From: Adineta vaga
Taxonomy: Eukaryota; Animalia; Rotifera
Reading direction: 5' to 3'
NCBI GenBank assembly: GCA_021613535.1
Contig: CP075492.1
Location: 14,055,769 to 14,119,768 of the forward strand
Length of the DNA: 64,000 nucleotides
The translations under genes were made by a program, and so were the position numbers. Shown here piece after piece: positions 25,159 through 36,419 of this stretch (the first letter of the stretch is position 1; the number at the start of each line of letters is the position of its first letter). The notes under the pieces were generated by a model that searched no databases, was not told the DNA's origin, and saw nothing but the letters and a program-made list of their open reading frames with translations.

Positions 25159-26562
25159 TTGATAATCTCAATAGAAATGAATGCAGACAAATGTGAAATA
25201 GTCTCACTGAATTTGGATATCAATCATCTGTTGTATCATCAAATTGAACTTCAAGAATATTTACATCAGAATCCATCTGAAGAAAATGTATCAATTCAAA
25301 AACTTCATTCATTACTAGCAGAAATCTGGATAACTGATGATTTCAAAATGATATGGAATGAAATTACAACGACAACAACCATATTACAAGGACAATTGTA
25401 CGATTCGATTAATAACAAATCAATATCAGATCTTCGAAATAGTATAAACTGTTTAATAAAAGATATTGAAGAAATAGAGAATTCTAGTCATAGAAAGACA
25501 TTTCAAGAACATATACCCAGAACGATTGAAAGAAAAAATGAGATAGAAGAAATAACTGATTCAAATATTCTATCGAAGTTTACTCATAAAATTCATCTAT
25601 CTAATAATGCTATACGTTGGATACGTGGTCCTATCAGAGTAATATTCAATGGTACTATGCGCATCTTCGACGTGTTGGCAAAACATACTCATATCAGTAG
25701 TTCAGCTTTACAAGCTGTTGCAAATGGATTAATCAAACAGAAACAATCAGCATTTGTTGAAATCACGTCCGATTGGACTTTCATTAGTAAAAATCTTGAT
25801 CAAGGATTCAACAGTGAATCGGTATGGATGTATGATCCTCGAGGTCGACGAATTCTAGTAAAAACACAAGAACATCCTCTATGTGCAGCTAATGAATGGC
25901 TAGTCTATATTCTCGGGAATGCTCTTGGTCTACCTGTCAATGAAGTACAAATAGGAGTTTATCAAAATAAACTTGTAACATTACACAAAGATGTTAGGAA
26001 TGAAAATGAAACAATGTTTACATTTATGGAATTATCAAGGCAAACGAGAAAACGACTTTTAACCGATCCAATCTTAGGATGTATGGATTTTTTCGATCAT
26101 ATCATTCAAAATGCCGATCGAAATCAACGAAATATTTTAATTACAATCTCGACGAATACGGCGACTGATATCAATGATCTGAATGCAAAAATGAAAATAT
26201 ATCTTATCGATCATGCGTCCTGTTTTGGATTAGGAAAACTTAGTATCATCAGTCTTGTCGCTTGTAAATTCCATACAAATCACTTAACAATAGTTAAGTT
26301 CGATCCAATTGAGCAAGCAAGAAAGTTCGAACAATATCTCAATTCATTATCGATAACAGATCGTCTCTTAATCAGAGACACAGCTAACCGTTTTGCTGCA
26401 ATCACAGATCGACAATTTACCGATTGGTTAGATGAAGTCAAAGAATTATTATCTGAAAATCAATACAATCGGATTTATACTGTACTCACTCGGCAACGAG
26501 ATGTTGCCAAGTATCATACAGCTCAAATCGATGACCATAATGATCCGGTGACTTATTTTTAA
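25159..26562 (+). CDS. Stand-alone atypical kinase-like protein with PI3/PI4-kinase-type catalytic motifs, single exon, 467 aa.
   Basis: The C-terminal region has DRNQRNILI (like the PI3/4K catalytic loop DRHxxN) and LIDHASCFG (like the DFG-equivalent activation segment). The N-terminal ~150 aa are predicted helical. The assignment is from motifs only. Confidence 0.35.
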   Translation: MIISIEMNADKCEIVSLNLDINHLLYHQIELQEYLHQNPSEENVSIQKLHSLLAEIWITDDFKMIWNEITTTTTILQGQLYDSINNKSISDLRNSINCLIKDIEEIENSSHRKTFQEHIPRTIERKNEIEEITDSNILSKFTHKIHLSNNAIRWIRGPIRVIFNGTMRIFDVLAKHTHISSSALQAVANGLIKQKQSAFVEITSDWTFISKNLDQGFNSESVWMYDPRGRRILVKTQEHPLCAANEWLVYILGNALGLPVNEVQIGVYQNKLVTLHKDVRNENETMFTFMELSRQTRKRLLTDPILGCMDFFDHIIQNADRNQRNILITISTNTATDINDLNAKMKIYLIDHASCFGLGKLSIISLVACKFHTNHLTIVKFDPIEQARKFEQYLNSLSITDRLLIRDTANRFAAITDRQFTDWLDEVKELLSENQYNRIYTVLTRQRDVAKYHTAQIDDHNDPVTYF

Positions 26563-26825
26563 TAAGACTATGAGTTAGTCAGAATTATAAATATGCATGA
26601 AATTCACATTTTGTATTTGTAAAATGAAATATAATCGATGAAGTCGAGTCACATGTTTTCTTTTCTTTTAACGTAACTTGTTGTTATTTCAAAGAATTAC
26701 GCAATTTTCACGAGTCATTATTTTCTCCTTCCCTACCATATTTCTCATAGATTCAAACGCAACAAAATAAAGATTTGTACATTTTCAAAGTTTAGAAACA
26801 TGAGTAAGAAAATAAAATCCAATAA

Positions 26826-27601
26826 ATGCAATTCCAAAACGAAGAAGATCTCAGAGATTTTTTCGAAAGACAAGAAACGAGTTCTACATGTAGATTACAT
26901 GCCATTAACAATGCTCTTGGAAGATCAGTTATTTCTAAGAAAAAGTATGTTTATGATATAATCAATTCATTACTCGATCGCCTTCATGTATTTAGATTCT
27001 TTGCTTATTGTGATGAATTTGACATGAAGAATCATTGTAAAGGAAGTCGACAATTTTTCTTTATTCATGCCGATGATAATATTATCAGTTTCATTCTCAA
27101 TAAACTTCATTTACATAGTTCATATTATCCGCCCGATAATCCTCCTCCTATCAGGTATGTGAACATCATTGTATAAGTAACATATTTTCATTTGATTCTT
27201 TACTTTCAAGTGAAAATTCATGCGATGATATTGTGGCAATTATCATTTTTGACAATGAACATATCTGGAGTAACAAAAAATACGGTAATATATGGTACGA
27301 TCTGGATTCTTTGTCGGAGAAACCAGAACCTATACCATTTCGAAGAATATTTGCACGACGAGGTTTTGGATGGATTATTGTTCGGACTCTTCCTGAACAT
27401 CTGTCGAACGACGAAATACAAATAACATCAAATCCTACAAATGAAAAGCCTGATCATACTGTTACGAACTATTCACCTGAATCAAAAACACACCGTTATT
27501 CTCTAGAAGATGAAACTGTTCCTGATAATCTTTACCTAAATCTTAAAAGAAACGGTTCAAACCGATTTGAAGCTTTATACGATATCGAAGAAGATATGTA
27601 G
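26826..27601 (+). CDS. Josephin-domain (MJD-family) cysteine deubiquitinase. It has 2 exons (26826..27154 and 27210..27601) with an intron at 27155..27209.
   Basis: The N-terminus QETSSTCRLHAINNALG aligns with the ataxin-3 Josephin catalytic Cys motif QEGSLCAQHCLNNLLQ. Exon 2 (FDNEHIWSNKKYGNIWYDLDS) aligns with the catalytic His region (YKEHWFTVRKLGKQWFNLNS). Donor AG|GTATGT and acceptor ctttcaag| keep the frame. Confidence 0.65.
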
Positions 27602-27701
27602 CAAGCAAAAAAAATATAAAAGAATGTTTATGTTATCTCAGAGAGATAGTTCAATCCAAGCGTGTAGTCAGAAGAAAACTTTTCATAATAGTATTTTAAC
27701 G

Positions 27702-28979
27702 TTAATAGTCGATAGTTAAGTAGTAAAGAATATAAATAGTAGCAAAGATCATCATTGGTATGAAGTTTGTTTCATTTGAATGATATGCTGTATTTGGAAT
27801 CGTTGATTTACTGACAATCGACGATGGTGTGGACTCCTTAGCTGTATCATTATGTTTTACTAAGGATCTCAACATTCTTGTTGTATTATAGTTCATATTT
27901 ATTGTTTTTTTTATAACTGTAAAATTCGATGGATGATTACATAGATTCATGGTACAGCGATACGATATAGTACGAACACTTTCACTGTCCTCTTTCGATA
28001 GAGTGAAATTAGTAATAATTGTATCGACAATTATGATAGTAGCTTTATCGTTTATCGATGGAGATGGTTTTACGATACTTGGTGGCGTTGGTAAAAGAAA
28101 CTGATTTATGAGATTCATGATATCACTCGAATCGGACAAACCATTGTCACTGAGTAATCCTAACAGGTTAGGCAGTAACGATGGATTAATTTGTCCAAGT
28201 AATCCTGGCAGGTTAGACAGTGACGATAGATCAATTTGTCCAAGTGATCCTAACAGGTTAAACAGTGTCGATGGATCAATTTGTCCAAGTGATTCCAGTA
28301 AATTCATCGATCTCTGCTGACCAAAAGATGTAGATGCATCAATCGATTTAATTGAATTTAATCCGGGTATATTCATCGTCGACCGAACTTTTTTCATTGT
28401 GTCTACACAATGGGTAGTTAATTCATTTCCTTTCGATACAGTTTGACATAAGTTACTTGGACATTGTTGCGCTTCGCCATTTGAATAACACATTGTTGAC
28501 TTATCAATATGATTCTGTTGAATGTGTACTACATTGCGTAAATGGGCGTCTATTTTTGTAAAATCAATATCAAATAACCATTGTAATTGATATTTAGTGT
28601 ATTCCAAATCGCAATAGTCCCCTGATGAACAGACATAAGTTAACGTATTGTGAATCTCCGCCATGTTTGACGATGATTTCTGAAAACGAAACTCAGTGCG
28701 AAGTTTTAGATGATTAGTTTCAGTATGATTTATCTTATCGCCATGATATTGAATGGTAAATTTTTGTTGTATAAAAACAAAGTTGATTGTAATATAGCAT
28801 CGACTAATATGATTGTCATTTACGGTTCCTTTAGTTAATAGACTTAATTTGTGATGAAATTCATTTGAACCATAGGTACTAACATCACCCGCATATTTTA
28901 CATACGCGATACATGAAAGACCGTCGACAGTAGACAGTAAAAGTAGTAGTAGCAATAGCAGCAAATATACGATATGCAT
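27702..28979 (-). CDS. Secreted or membrane-anchored Cys-rich protein of unknown function. It contains 15-aa tandem repeats (GQIDxSxLxNLxGxL) and a C-terminal hydrophobic segment. Single exon, 425 aa.
   Basis: Signal peptide [20 protein letters not shown], many paired Cys in the N-terminal half, and a repeat block encoded by 45-nt tandem repeats. Confidence 0.4.
   Translation of the reverse strand: MHIVYLLLLLLLLLLSTVDGLSCIAYVKYAGDVSTYGSNEFHHKLSLLTKGTVNDNHISRCYITINFVFIQQKFTIQYHGDKINHTETNHLKLRTEFRFQKSSSNMAEIHNTLTYVCSSGDYCDLEYTKYQLQWLFDIDFTKIDAHLRNVVHIQQNHIDKSTMCYSNGEAQQCPSNLCQTVSKGNELTTHCVDTMKKVRSTMNIPGLNSIKSIDASTSFGQQRSMNLLESLGQIDPSTLFNLLGSLGQIDLSSLSNLPGLLGQINPSLLPNLLGLLSDNGLSDSSDIMNLINQFLLPTPPSIVKPSPSINDKATIIIVDTIITNFTLSKEDSESVRTISYRCTMNLCNHPSNFTVIKKTINMNYNTTRMLRSLVKHNDTAKESTPSSIVSKSTIPNTAYHSNETNFIPMMIFATIYILYYLTIDY
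28154..28318. repeat. 45-nt tandem repeat, about 3.7 copies, inside the CDS at 27702..28979.
   Basis: agtaatcctaacaggttaggcagtaacgatggattaatttgtcca / agtaatcctggcaggttagacagtgacgatagatcaatttgtcca / agtgatcctaacaggttaaacagtgtcgatggatcaatttgtcca / partial copy. Confidence 0.8.
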
Positions 28980-29356
28980 GATAAAAAAAAATAAAATGAG
29001 AAATTCTAGTTTTCTACTAAATATATTATTGTAATTCCAAATAAAACAGAGAGTTTATAAACATCATCAGTTATATCTAACAGATATTTTTGAATATCAT
29101 GCTTTATCAACTTTGCAAATGCAGGTGTTTATAGCTGCTAATATGACAGTGAAATTACCAATGAATAAAAATTCTCTTCATTCTCTACGACTAAGAGCAG
29201 CCGAAAAAAAAAGAATATATATTAAATAAAAGTAAATAGTTACAAGGTAAATATCTAGTTGAAGTTGATACGCACAAAGTTCTTATTAATAACCATGTGT
29301 AAAATGAAGAATTGTTTTCATTTCTTATCAACTATATACAGAAAGTATAGAATATC

Positions 29357-30745
29357 ATGAAAGGTGTAATTTTGTTTATAATTATTGGATTACTTGCGTA
29401 TGGTATACATTATTGGTCGTTACTTTTGCCAATAGTCAGTGGTTATGGAACTAAATACATCTGTTCATCAATATTTATCGCAGGTCATAATGAAAATCAA
29501 CAACGTGCAGAAGATTTGGCTTTTTTTCCTCTAAACTATGCAACGTTTATGGTGAATTATACTGAGTTGTCTGTTACTGGTTCTTTATTTGGATTAGCTC
29601 CACGAAAAGCTATTTATCGAAATGGACTTGGTGCGACATTGATTAATGATTTTACCGAAGAACAAATTCATACTCAACCATTCAAAATCGCTACATTACC
29701 TAATGTTAATCAAGACAATATTCTATGGCCTATGGGAAATCAAATATTAGATAATCAATATCCTTCTAATGTTAATCAAACATTAGTAGAAAATGTCATT
29801 GATACATTATTTATTGAAAAAGACCCTACGAACTTGCTACGTACACGAGCAGTAGTTGTTGTATATGACGGGAAACTAATTGCTGAACGATACGGATCAG
29901 GTTATTCAAGTTCAACAAAATTTCTAGGTTGGAGTATGACAAAAAGTATTACTAGTGCATTAATTGGTATTTTAGTCAAAGATAAGAAACTGAGTATAGA
30001 TGAATCTGCACCAGTACCTGAATGGAATAATACGGATGATCCTCGACATTCGATCACAATAAAACATTTATTACAACAAACAAGTGGTTTGGATTTCGCC
30101 GAAGATTATTATACGAATAGTGACGTTACTCAAATGCTGTTTAGTACCGGTGATATGGCTGCTTTTGCTGCTTCACATTCATTAAAATACAAACCAGGTA
30201 ATTATTGTTATTATAGCAGTGGGAATACAAATATATTATCACGTATTATTCGACATACAGTTGGCGAGAATGATTATCATTCATTTCCGTATAGAAATTT
30301 ATTTTATAAACTTGGTATGAATAATATGACGATGGAAGTGGATGCATCTGGTACATTTGTTGGTTCATCTTATTCATGGGGTACTGCACGTGATTGGGCA
30401 CGATTTGGTATGTTATATTTGAATAATGGATTCTATATCAATGAACAGATACTATCGGAAGAATGGGTTAAACAAACTGCGACATTGGGTGGCTCGAATA
30501 TCCATGGTGAATATGGATATCAATTTTGGTTAAATACAGGAAAAGATAATGATCCATCTACACGAAGATTTCCAGATGTACCAATAGATATGTTTTATGC
30601 AAGTGGTTTTGATGGTCAAGCCGTATTTGTCATTCCATCGAAGAAATTAGTCGTCGTTCGATTAGGATTAACAAAAGCAAATGATGGAGAATATGGTGCT
30701 AATAATTTTTTAAAAGAAATAATTAATTCAATTAGTGAAATGTAG
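29357..30745 (+). CDS. Beta-lactamase-fold serine hydrolase (class C beta-lactamase / DD-peptidase / esterase family, Pfam Beta-lactamase), single exon, 462 aa with an N-terminal TM anchor.
   Basis: The active-site S-x-x-K appears as GWSMTKSITSALIGILV in the canonical context. A YxN-like motif (YYSSGNTNIL) and a C-terminal ...HGEYGYQFW region are also present. There is no intron. Confidence 0.75.
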   Translation: MKGVILFIIIGLLAYGIHYWSLLLPIVSGYGTKYICSSIFIAGHNENQQRAEDLAFFPLNYATFMVNYTELSVTGSLFGLAPRKAIYRNGLGATLINDFTEEQIHTQPFKIATLPNVNQDNILWPMGNQILDNQYPSNVNQTLVENVIDTLFIEKDPTNLLRTRAVVVVYDGKLIAERYGSGYSSSTKFLGWSMTKSITSALIGILVKDKKLSIDESAPVPEWNNTDDPRHSITIKHLLQQTSGLDFAEDYYTNSDVTQMLFSTGDMAAFAASHSLKYKPGNYCYYSSGNTNILSRIIRHTVGENDYHSFPYRNLFYKLGMNNMTMEVDASGTFVGSSYSWGTARDWARFGMLYLNNGFYINEQILSEEWVKQTATLGGSNIHGEYGYQFWLNTGKDNDPSTRRFPDVPIDMFYASGFDGQAVFVIPSKKLVVVRLGLTKANDGEYGANNFLKEIINSISEM

Positions 30746-30878
30746 ATGAATAGAGTTCGTTTTTACACAACAATAAGCATACTCTTGAAATATCTTCGAA
30801 TTTCTAATCCTTACAATAAGATATATCACCTTCAAGATTTTATTAATTATAGGAAGTGAGTAATAAAAGCAAAAGAAG

Positions 30879-33738
30879 TCAAAAGAAATCAATTGATTGA
30901 CTTCGTTTCAGTTCAATCGTAGATGATTCAAAAGATTTCATTGGCACATATTGTGACCATTGCATATTTGATCGTTTTAGTTTATTGAATCCTGATAGAA
31001 TGTGTTTGCATATTTCGGGAGAATAACCGGAAATATTTGCCGCTCGCTGAATAATCATTGATATATCGTCAGAATTGAAATTATTATGAATTTTATTTTC
31101 GAACATCAGTGTCATTCTTTCATGGTCATTTGTATTTTGAACTAATGTATTTCTAGGAAGTAACACATTCATCATAGGTTTTATTGCACAATTGATATCT
31201 GCTATCCATGTACTAATTGCATTGCTTGAGGTTCGTCGTCGATAACAATTATTGCGTGATGTATTTATAAAATTGCCTACAGATAGTTTATTGATTGCTG
31301 TATCTAATTGAATATCATCATGATGTGGATGATCTTGTATGGATATTTTGCTTCAATAAAAAAGATAGAATGAAATGATTTCTGAATGGATACAGAAAAG
31401 AAAGTATTCTAACTAAGCGAATACAAATTACTGACATCGCACTTACCTCGTATGACAGCGTGTTAAATGCCAATTTCGAGTAGTATGATAAGAAAATTGG
31501 CATTCGTCTACAACACCGGCCGATAGAAGTACCTGTGCTACTGGACGAGATACTTGTATGTTAAAATCATTCAAACGAAAACAAGCAGGAAATGTTGATT
31601 CCAGATCACTGTACATTTGTGATAGAGGTAAATTTGCGTGAAAAGAACGAACTGCTGTATTACAGCCGTCTTCACGTAGTAGAGCATCCTGTACACGTTT
31701 TGCAGCAATCTGTGTAGATGGTTTATGAACAAATTTGAAAGCTTCTATCAATTGTTTAGTAGTGAGATGTTTTCCAGGTAGAGGTGAAGCACCAGCTCCA
31801 GTTTGTTCGATGATATTCGCCCAAAAAAATTGATCACCAAAAAATGGCACAGTAATCGTTGGTTTACCAGCACGGAGACCAGCAGCCGTAGTACCTGCTC
31901 CACCATGATGACATACTGCTGCCACTATCAGATTAATGAGAAAAGCAAATCAATCATGATAACATTTGAACATAAGGAAGTACTCACCATGTTGAAAGAG
32001 CCAATCGTATGGAATATCATCAATTTTCAATATAGTTTCAGGTAAATGCATCGAATCTACGTCAAAACCAGAAAGTAATGCTCTATATCCAGTTTGCATT
32101 AGAGCTTCGAGTATAATATTAAGAAGGCGATGTGAATCATGACCAGTGATAGAACCAAAACCAATAAAAATGGGCGGTGATTTATCTCTTTTATCATTCT
32201 TTGACTCAGAGTGAAGGTCAAGAAAAACTAGGAGATCAGTTGGCGGTGAAGTATAATTTTTGGCAAGATCAAGAAAGAAATAACCTGATACATCAATATA
32301 AAATGGCCAATCTGATGGTTTTGGAACAAGCGATGGTGACCAGCAGTATGTGTATGGCACCTTCTCATCAGTCATCATCGATATAACTTCACGCATGTGA
32401 AGTGAAGGAAGATGTAAAATCGTGCGACGAAATTTATTGATAAGATCACCAATACCCAACCACATCTGTTAATTACAATGGAGTAATCAATTTAAGATGT
32501 TATAGATTCTCTTGTAAGATAGCTTACCAATGTTTCCACTAAACTATATGAATATTTATTTAATCGTTCTCTTGATGCTTTCGAATAATCGACATTGGCC
32601 AATGGATGTGGAAAAGTACTTGTTCGCGAATAAGGCATAGTGAAAACCATATGTAAAGGGATACCAAGCTTCTGTGCACAATGAATATGTCCATAAGAAA
32701 TTGGGTTAGCAATGATAACTTCTGCTTGAAATGGAACACCCGTTTCATCATCATCATCGATACAAGCTGACCATGTTGATTTAAGTATATCAGCAAATAA
32801 ATGGCGTCTTCGTAAAAGATTACCTTTGATAATGGTACTCGCTGATGGAAAAATACCTGAGTTCTGTACCATAAAAGACATGATTTCATCTGGATCACCA
32901 GCCAAAGAAAAGAACTCTAAATCATGTTCTCGAACAAACTTTCGAAATTTTTCATGTGTAGCTAATCGAACACGATGTCCGACAGCACGAAGAGCTTTCC
33001 CATATCTAAACAGAAACAACAGTTCCCTTTCTTATGATTGACTATTAATGACTATACTCACGCAATAAATGGTTCAACATCACCTCTTGTACCGACAATC
33101 AGCATAACAATGGAAAGAATCGGAACTATAACGCTATTGATTGATCTCAAATCATGTTCTTTCGTCTCCGGATAAGCTTGTGGATCAGCTGTATTGAGTA
33201 AAGTAATATCATCAGAGATATTATTAAGATTCGCATTGAAATTGACATAGTTATTATTAAATTTCATTTCTCTGATATTGAAGATTTTATCAGATGGTAC
33301 AGATAGAAAAGCACTGAATGAAAGACACATATCTATACAGTATACTATCAAGGTATATTCGTGATGATTTTCTTCCATTGTTTCTAAATTTAACAATTTG
33401 TCCGGTAGATCAATAGATGTTTGTAATGCTCTTAAGAAACCAGAAAAAATTTGAACTCCATTAAGCCAGATAATGGTAGATATAGATGATGGATTTAGAT
33501 TATCAGATGATTTGAAGTTTAGACTGATTGATTGTACTAATTGCTGATCTGATAATAAACATTTAAATTTTTTACGATACCAATATTTTCCAGATTTTCT
33601 AGTATGGCATGTATGTGGTAATTCTAATGGAGTCCAGTCATAATCATTGATTGCGCTTAGACCAGTTACACTATCATTACTAGTATTTGTTTGATAGGAA
33701 TAACACCAATTGTGATCAAAATTGATATCCAATATCAT
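30879..33738 (-). CDS. Family-1 glycosyltransferase (UDP-sugar:sterol 3-beta-glucosyltransferase-like; UGT51/ATG26 or bacterial MGT type) with a ~200-aa N-terminal extension and a ~170-aa C-terminal extension. It has 5 exons: 33738..33062, 33005..32528, 32465..31935, 31933..31447 (approximate) and 31351..30879.
   Basis: GT1 N-domain IVGTRGDVEPFIA|YGKALRAVGHRVRLATH (sterol-GT type GSRGDVQP). C-domain ...[39 protein letters not shown] (the UDP-sugar binding signature). Introns were verified by hand: GC|GTGAGT..gtttag (33061..33006), TTG|GTAAGC..taacag (32527..32466), CATG|GTGAGT..tgatag, and AG|GTAAGT (31446)...ttgaag. Confidence 0.7.
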
Positions 33739-35061
33739 GTTTTTTGTTTTGTAAAAAAGAATGAAATATACTACATATTCTTTGTTATATAATCACTTGG
33801 AGAACTGTAATACTCGCTAAACTTCACTATCGTTGCGCTGCAAATCGACGACAGAACAGAAAGAAAACTATATGGTAAACGTTAGCAATCCAATCATAGG
33901 ACAGACATGTTTGTGAAATATAGATGTCGAATTATAGTATGTAATATACTAAAACACGAGATAATAAGTATTGAAGTCAGTCTAAAGACAGACGCTTTGA
34001 AGAAGTACAACAACACCATTATCAGGATAATCTCAAAAAAATCCTTTACAACGTGCCATTTATATCTACAAGCGATATGGTTTATAAGAAAGAATGTCTG
34101 TATAGATAAAAAATCTTCATGAATTCAATAAACTATAATTAAACGGAGAAAAGACGTGGTTATAATTTTAACCTTTCTTTGATGAATGAACACTTTCTCT
34201 TTTAATACGAAAATGATAGAATTTGACTGATACTCATTGTATCATCCAGTGAAATGATTACAATTTGATTAGACTGATTGATTTTACAGTTTTTACTTAC
34301 CCACTGTTGTACTTATTGATAAAAGTTTCTACAAAAATATAGTAATGAAGTAGTAATCGAAATATTGCTGTAGATTTGAGAAGATAAGCAGGACTTTATA
34401 TAGGCCAAGGACATGGTTGAAGAAGCACGAATAGTTACGCAAGAGACATAAATAAGACGAGACGGCAAATAAAATCAGTGGCATAACATAAAACAAAAGC
34501 AATAAGCAAATTTCAAATGAATATTTGGATAAGAGAACGGCTGTTATTCTTCATTAGCGGCACGTGTCAAAATAAACGTCTGTATCTAATTGAATGCAAA
34601 TTACAATCGATAAATCAATATCGACCACCCGGCTCGTGTAAAAAACAAATACCTTAAAACCTACTTTACCGATCATAATGTGTTTTGACGGTAATGAAAG
34701 TTTTTTTACATGTCATAAATCACTTTTCAACTTTCATAGTTTTAATAATAATCCTATAGATTTAAAGATTCTTTAACTTTTCTTCTTTTAGTTCGATTTC
34801 AAAAGAAAACATCCGAGCTTTCCAAAATATAAACAAAACAAGTTCTAATATTAAAACTTCATCAAATGCATTAGACATCTCGCTAAACTGCATCGCACCC
34901 TCTATTAACTGTAGTGAATAACTTAAGATAAAAATGCAAATTATTCTTCTGAAAATTTATATTTAACATGGATATCTAATACAATAATTGCATCCATTAT
35001 AAAGACTATAACACGAATAAGAAATTCTCATTTAACTTTTTACAAAAGTGTTTGAGTACAT

Positions 35062-35943
35062 ATGCTAACAGATTTGTTTTATACGTTGAATTTCTCATTT
35101 ACAATTACAGTTTCATTGATTGGTTTAATATTTAGTTGCTTATTAATTGGCAATATTATTTCTCATCGAAAATGTTATACAGTAAAAAATTTACTTCTAT
35201 GTGAATTTTGTATCAATGCATTGATCTTTTTTCTTACTACTCTTATTGAATGTTTCTATGGTATGCATTCAACTAGGCCTAATGAACAACCATTTTGTAA
35301 ATTACGAGCTTATATTATATTAGCAACAGTAACATCAGCTTCATATTCGTTTTTGATTCAATCAATTAGTCGATTATTTTTTATTTGGTTTCATACTAAT
35401 CGTATTCTGATATCATGGCGAACACACTGGATTTTAATTGTCATTAAATATACTTTAAGTTATCTCATTTCAATTCAACCATTTTTCGTTGAACATGGCT
35501 TTGATTTTATAGATGATGTTCGAATGTGTTCAATCACGATGAAAATACCACTTGTATCATTATATACTCTAATTATGTCATCTCTATTACCAACGAATGG
35601 TGTTATCATTATTTACAGTATTCTTCTTTATCGAATTCGTTGTTTAGTACGACGAGTATCACCAATGATCAATAGAAGTCCGCGTGTTATTATTGCTAAA
35701 AGAAATTTGAAGATCCTGCAGCATATTTTAATTCTTCTTAGTATTCTAGCATGTGGAAGTATCCCATTTGGTATAGTTTGCTTTTGGAATATCATTAGTG
35801 ATCATGATGTTCCTGAAGAAATGCATTTTATATCAGTGAACTTTCTAGTATTATCTGCTACAGTTATGACAACAGTTTTAGTTTTTCGGAATAAAATGGT
35901 GAAGGACATTCTCGTGAAATTCTATCAATTACGTTGTCAATAA
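35062..35943 (+). CDS. 7TM receptor-like membrane protein (divergent GPCR), single exon, 293 aa.
   Basis: Seven hydrophobic helices, SRL at the DRY position after TM3, and a Pro-containing TM6/TM7. Weak class-A-like topology only. Confidence 0.45.
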   Translation: MLTDLFYTLNFSFTITVSLIGLIFSCLLIGNIISHRKCYTVKNLLLCEFCINALIFFLTTLIECFYGMHSTRPNEQPFCKLRAYIILATVTSASYSFLIQSISRLFFIWFHTNRILISWRTHWILIVIKYTLSYLISIQPFFVEHGFDFIDDVRMCSITMKIPLVSLYTLIMSSLLPTNGVIIIYSILLYRIRCLVRRVSPMINRSPRVIIAKRNLKILQHILILLSILACGSIPFGIVCFWNIISDHDVPEEMHFISVNFLVLSATVMTTVLVFRNKMVKDILVKFYQLRCQ

Positions 35944-36419
35944 TAAAGGTTTTTTATTTTTTGTTGAGTGGCGTGATGTAAGATTATGGTTGAATGAAAT
36001 AAAATAAATGAGTAAAGGAATGAATGTGAAACTTCTACTTGTTTGTCATGAGGTTTAGAGGAAATAACATGTGCTTTGATAATATTTTTCAAATGATACA
36101 TAACAAATATCGCACTTTCTCTCGCCTGAAGAACTATATACATCGTGCAAAAGATTGGTTAGAAGAAAGGCAGTGTTTTTTTCACTATTGATCCGCTTGA
36201 TGACTTCAGATAGAAGTTACTGGTTATACTTTTGGAAAACTTTGCTATAATCAAATGTACCAATTTATTGCTACAAAATAGAATAAAATCAAACGGAAAA
36301 TAGTCTAATTACGATCGTAAGATTTAAGCATCGCATAAAACAATTACTTGTAGTTGTTAACTAATGTAAATGTGTAGATTCTGCTTGTTTTACTGTTACT
36401 CGTAGTATAGAAATACTCA

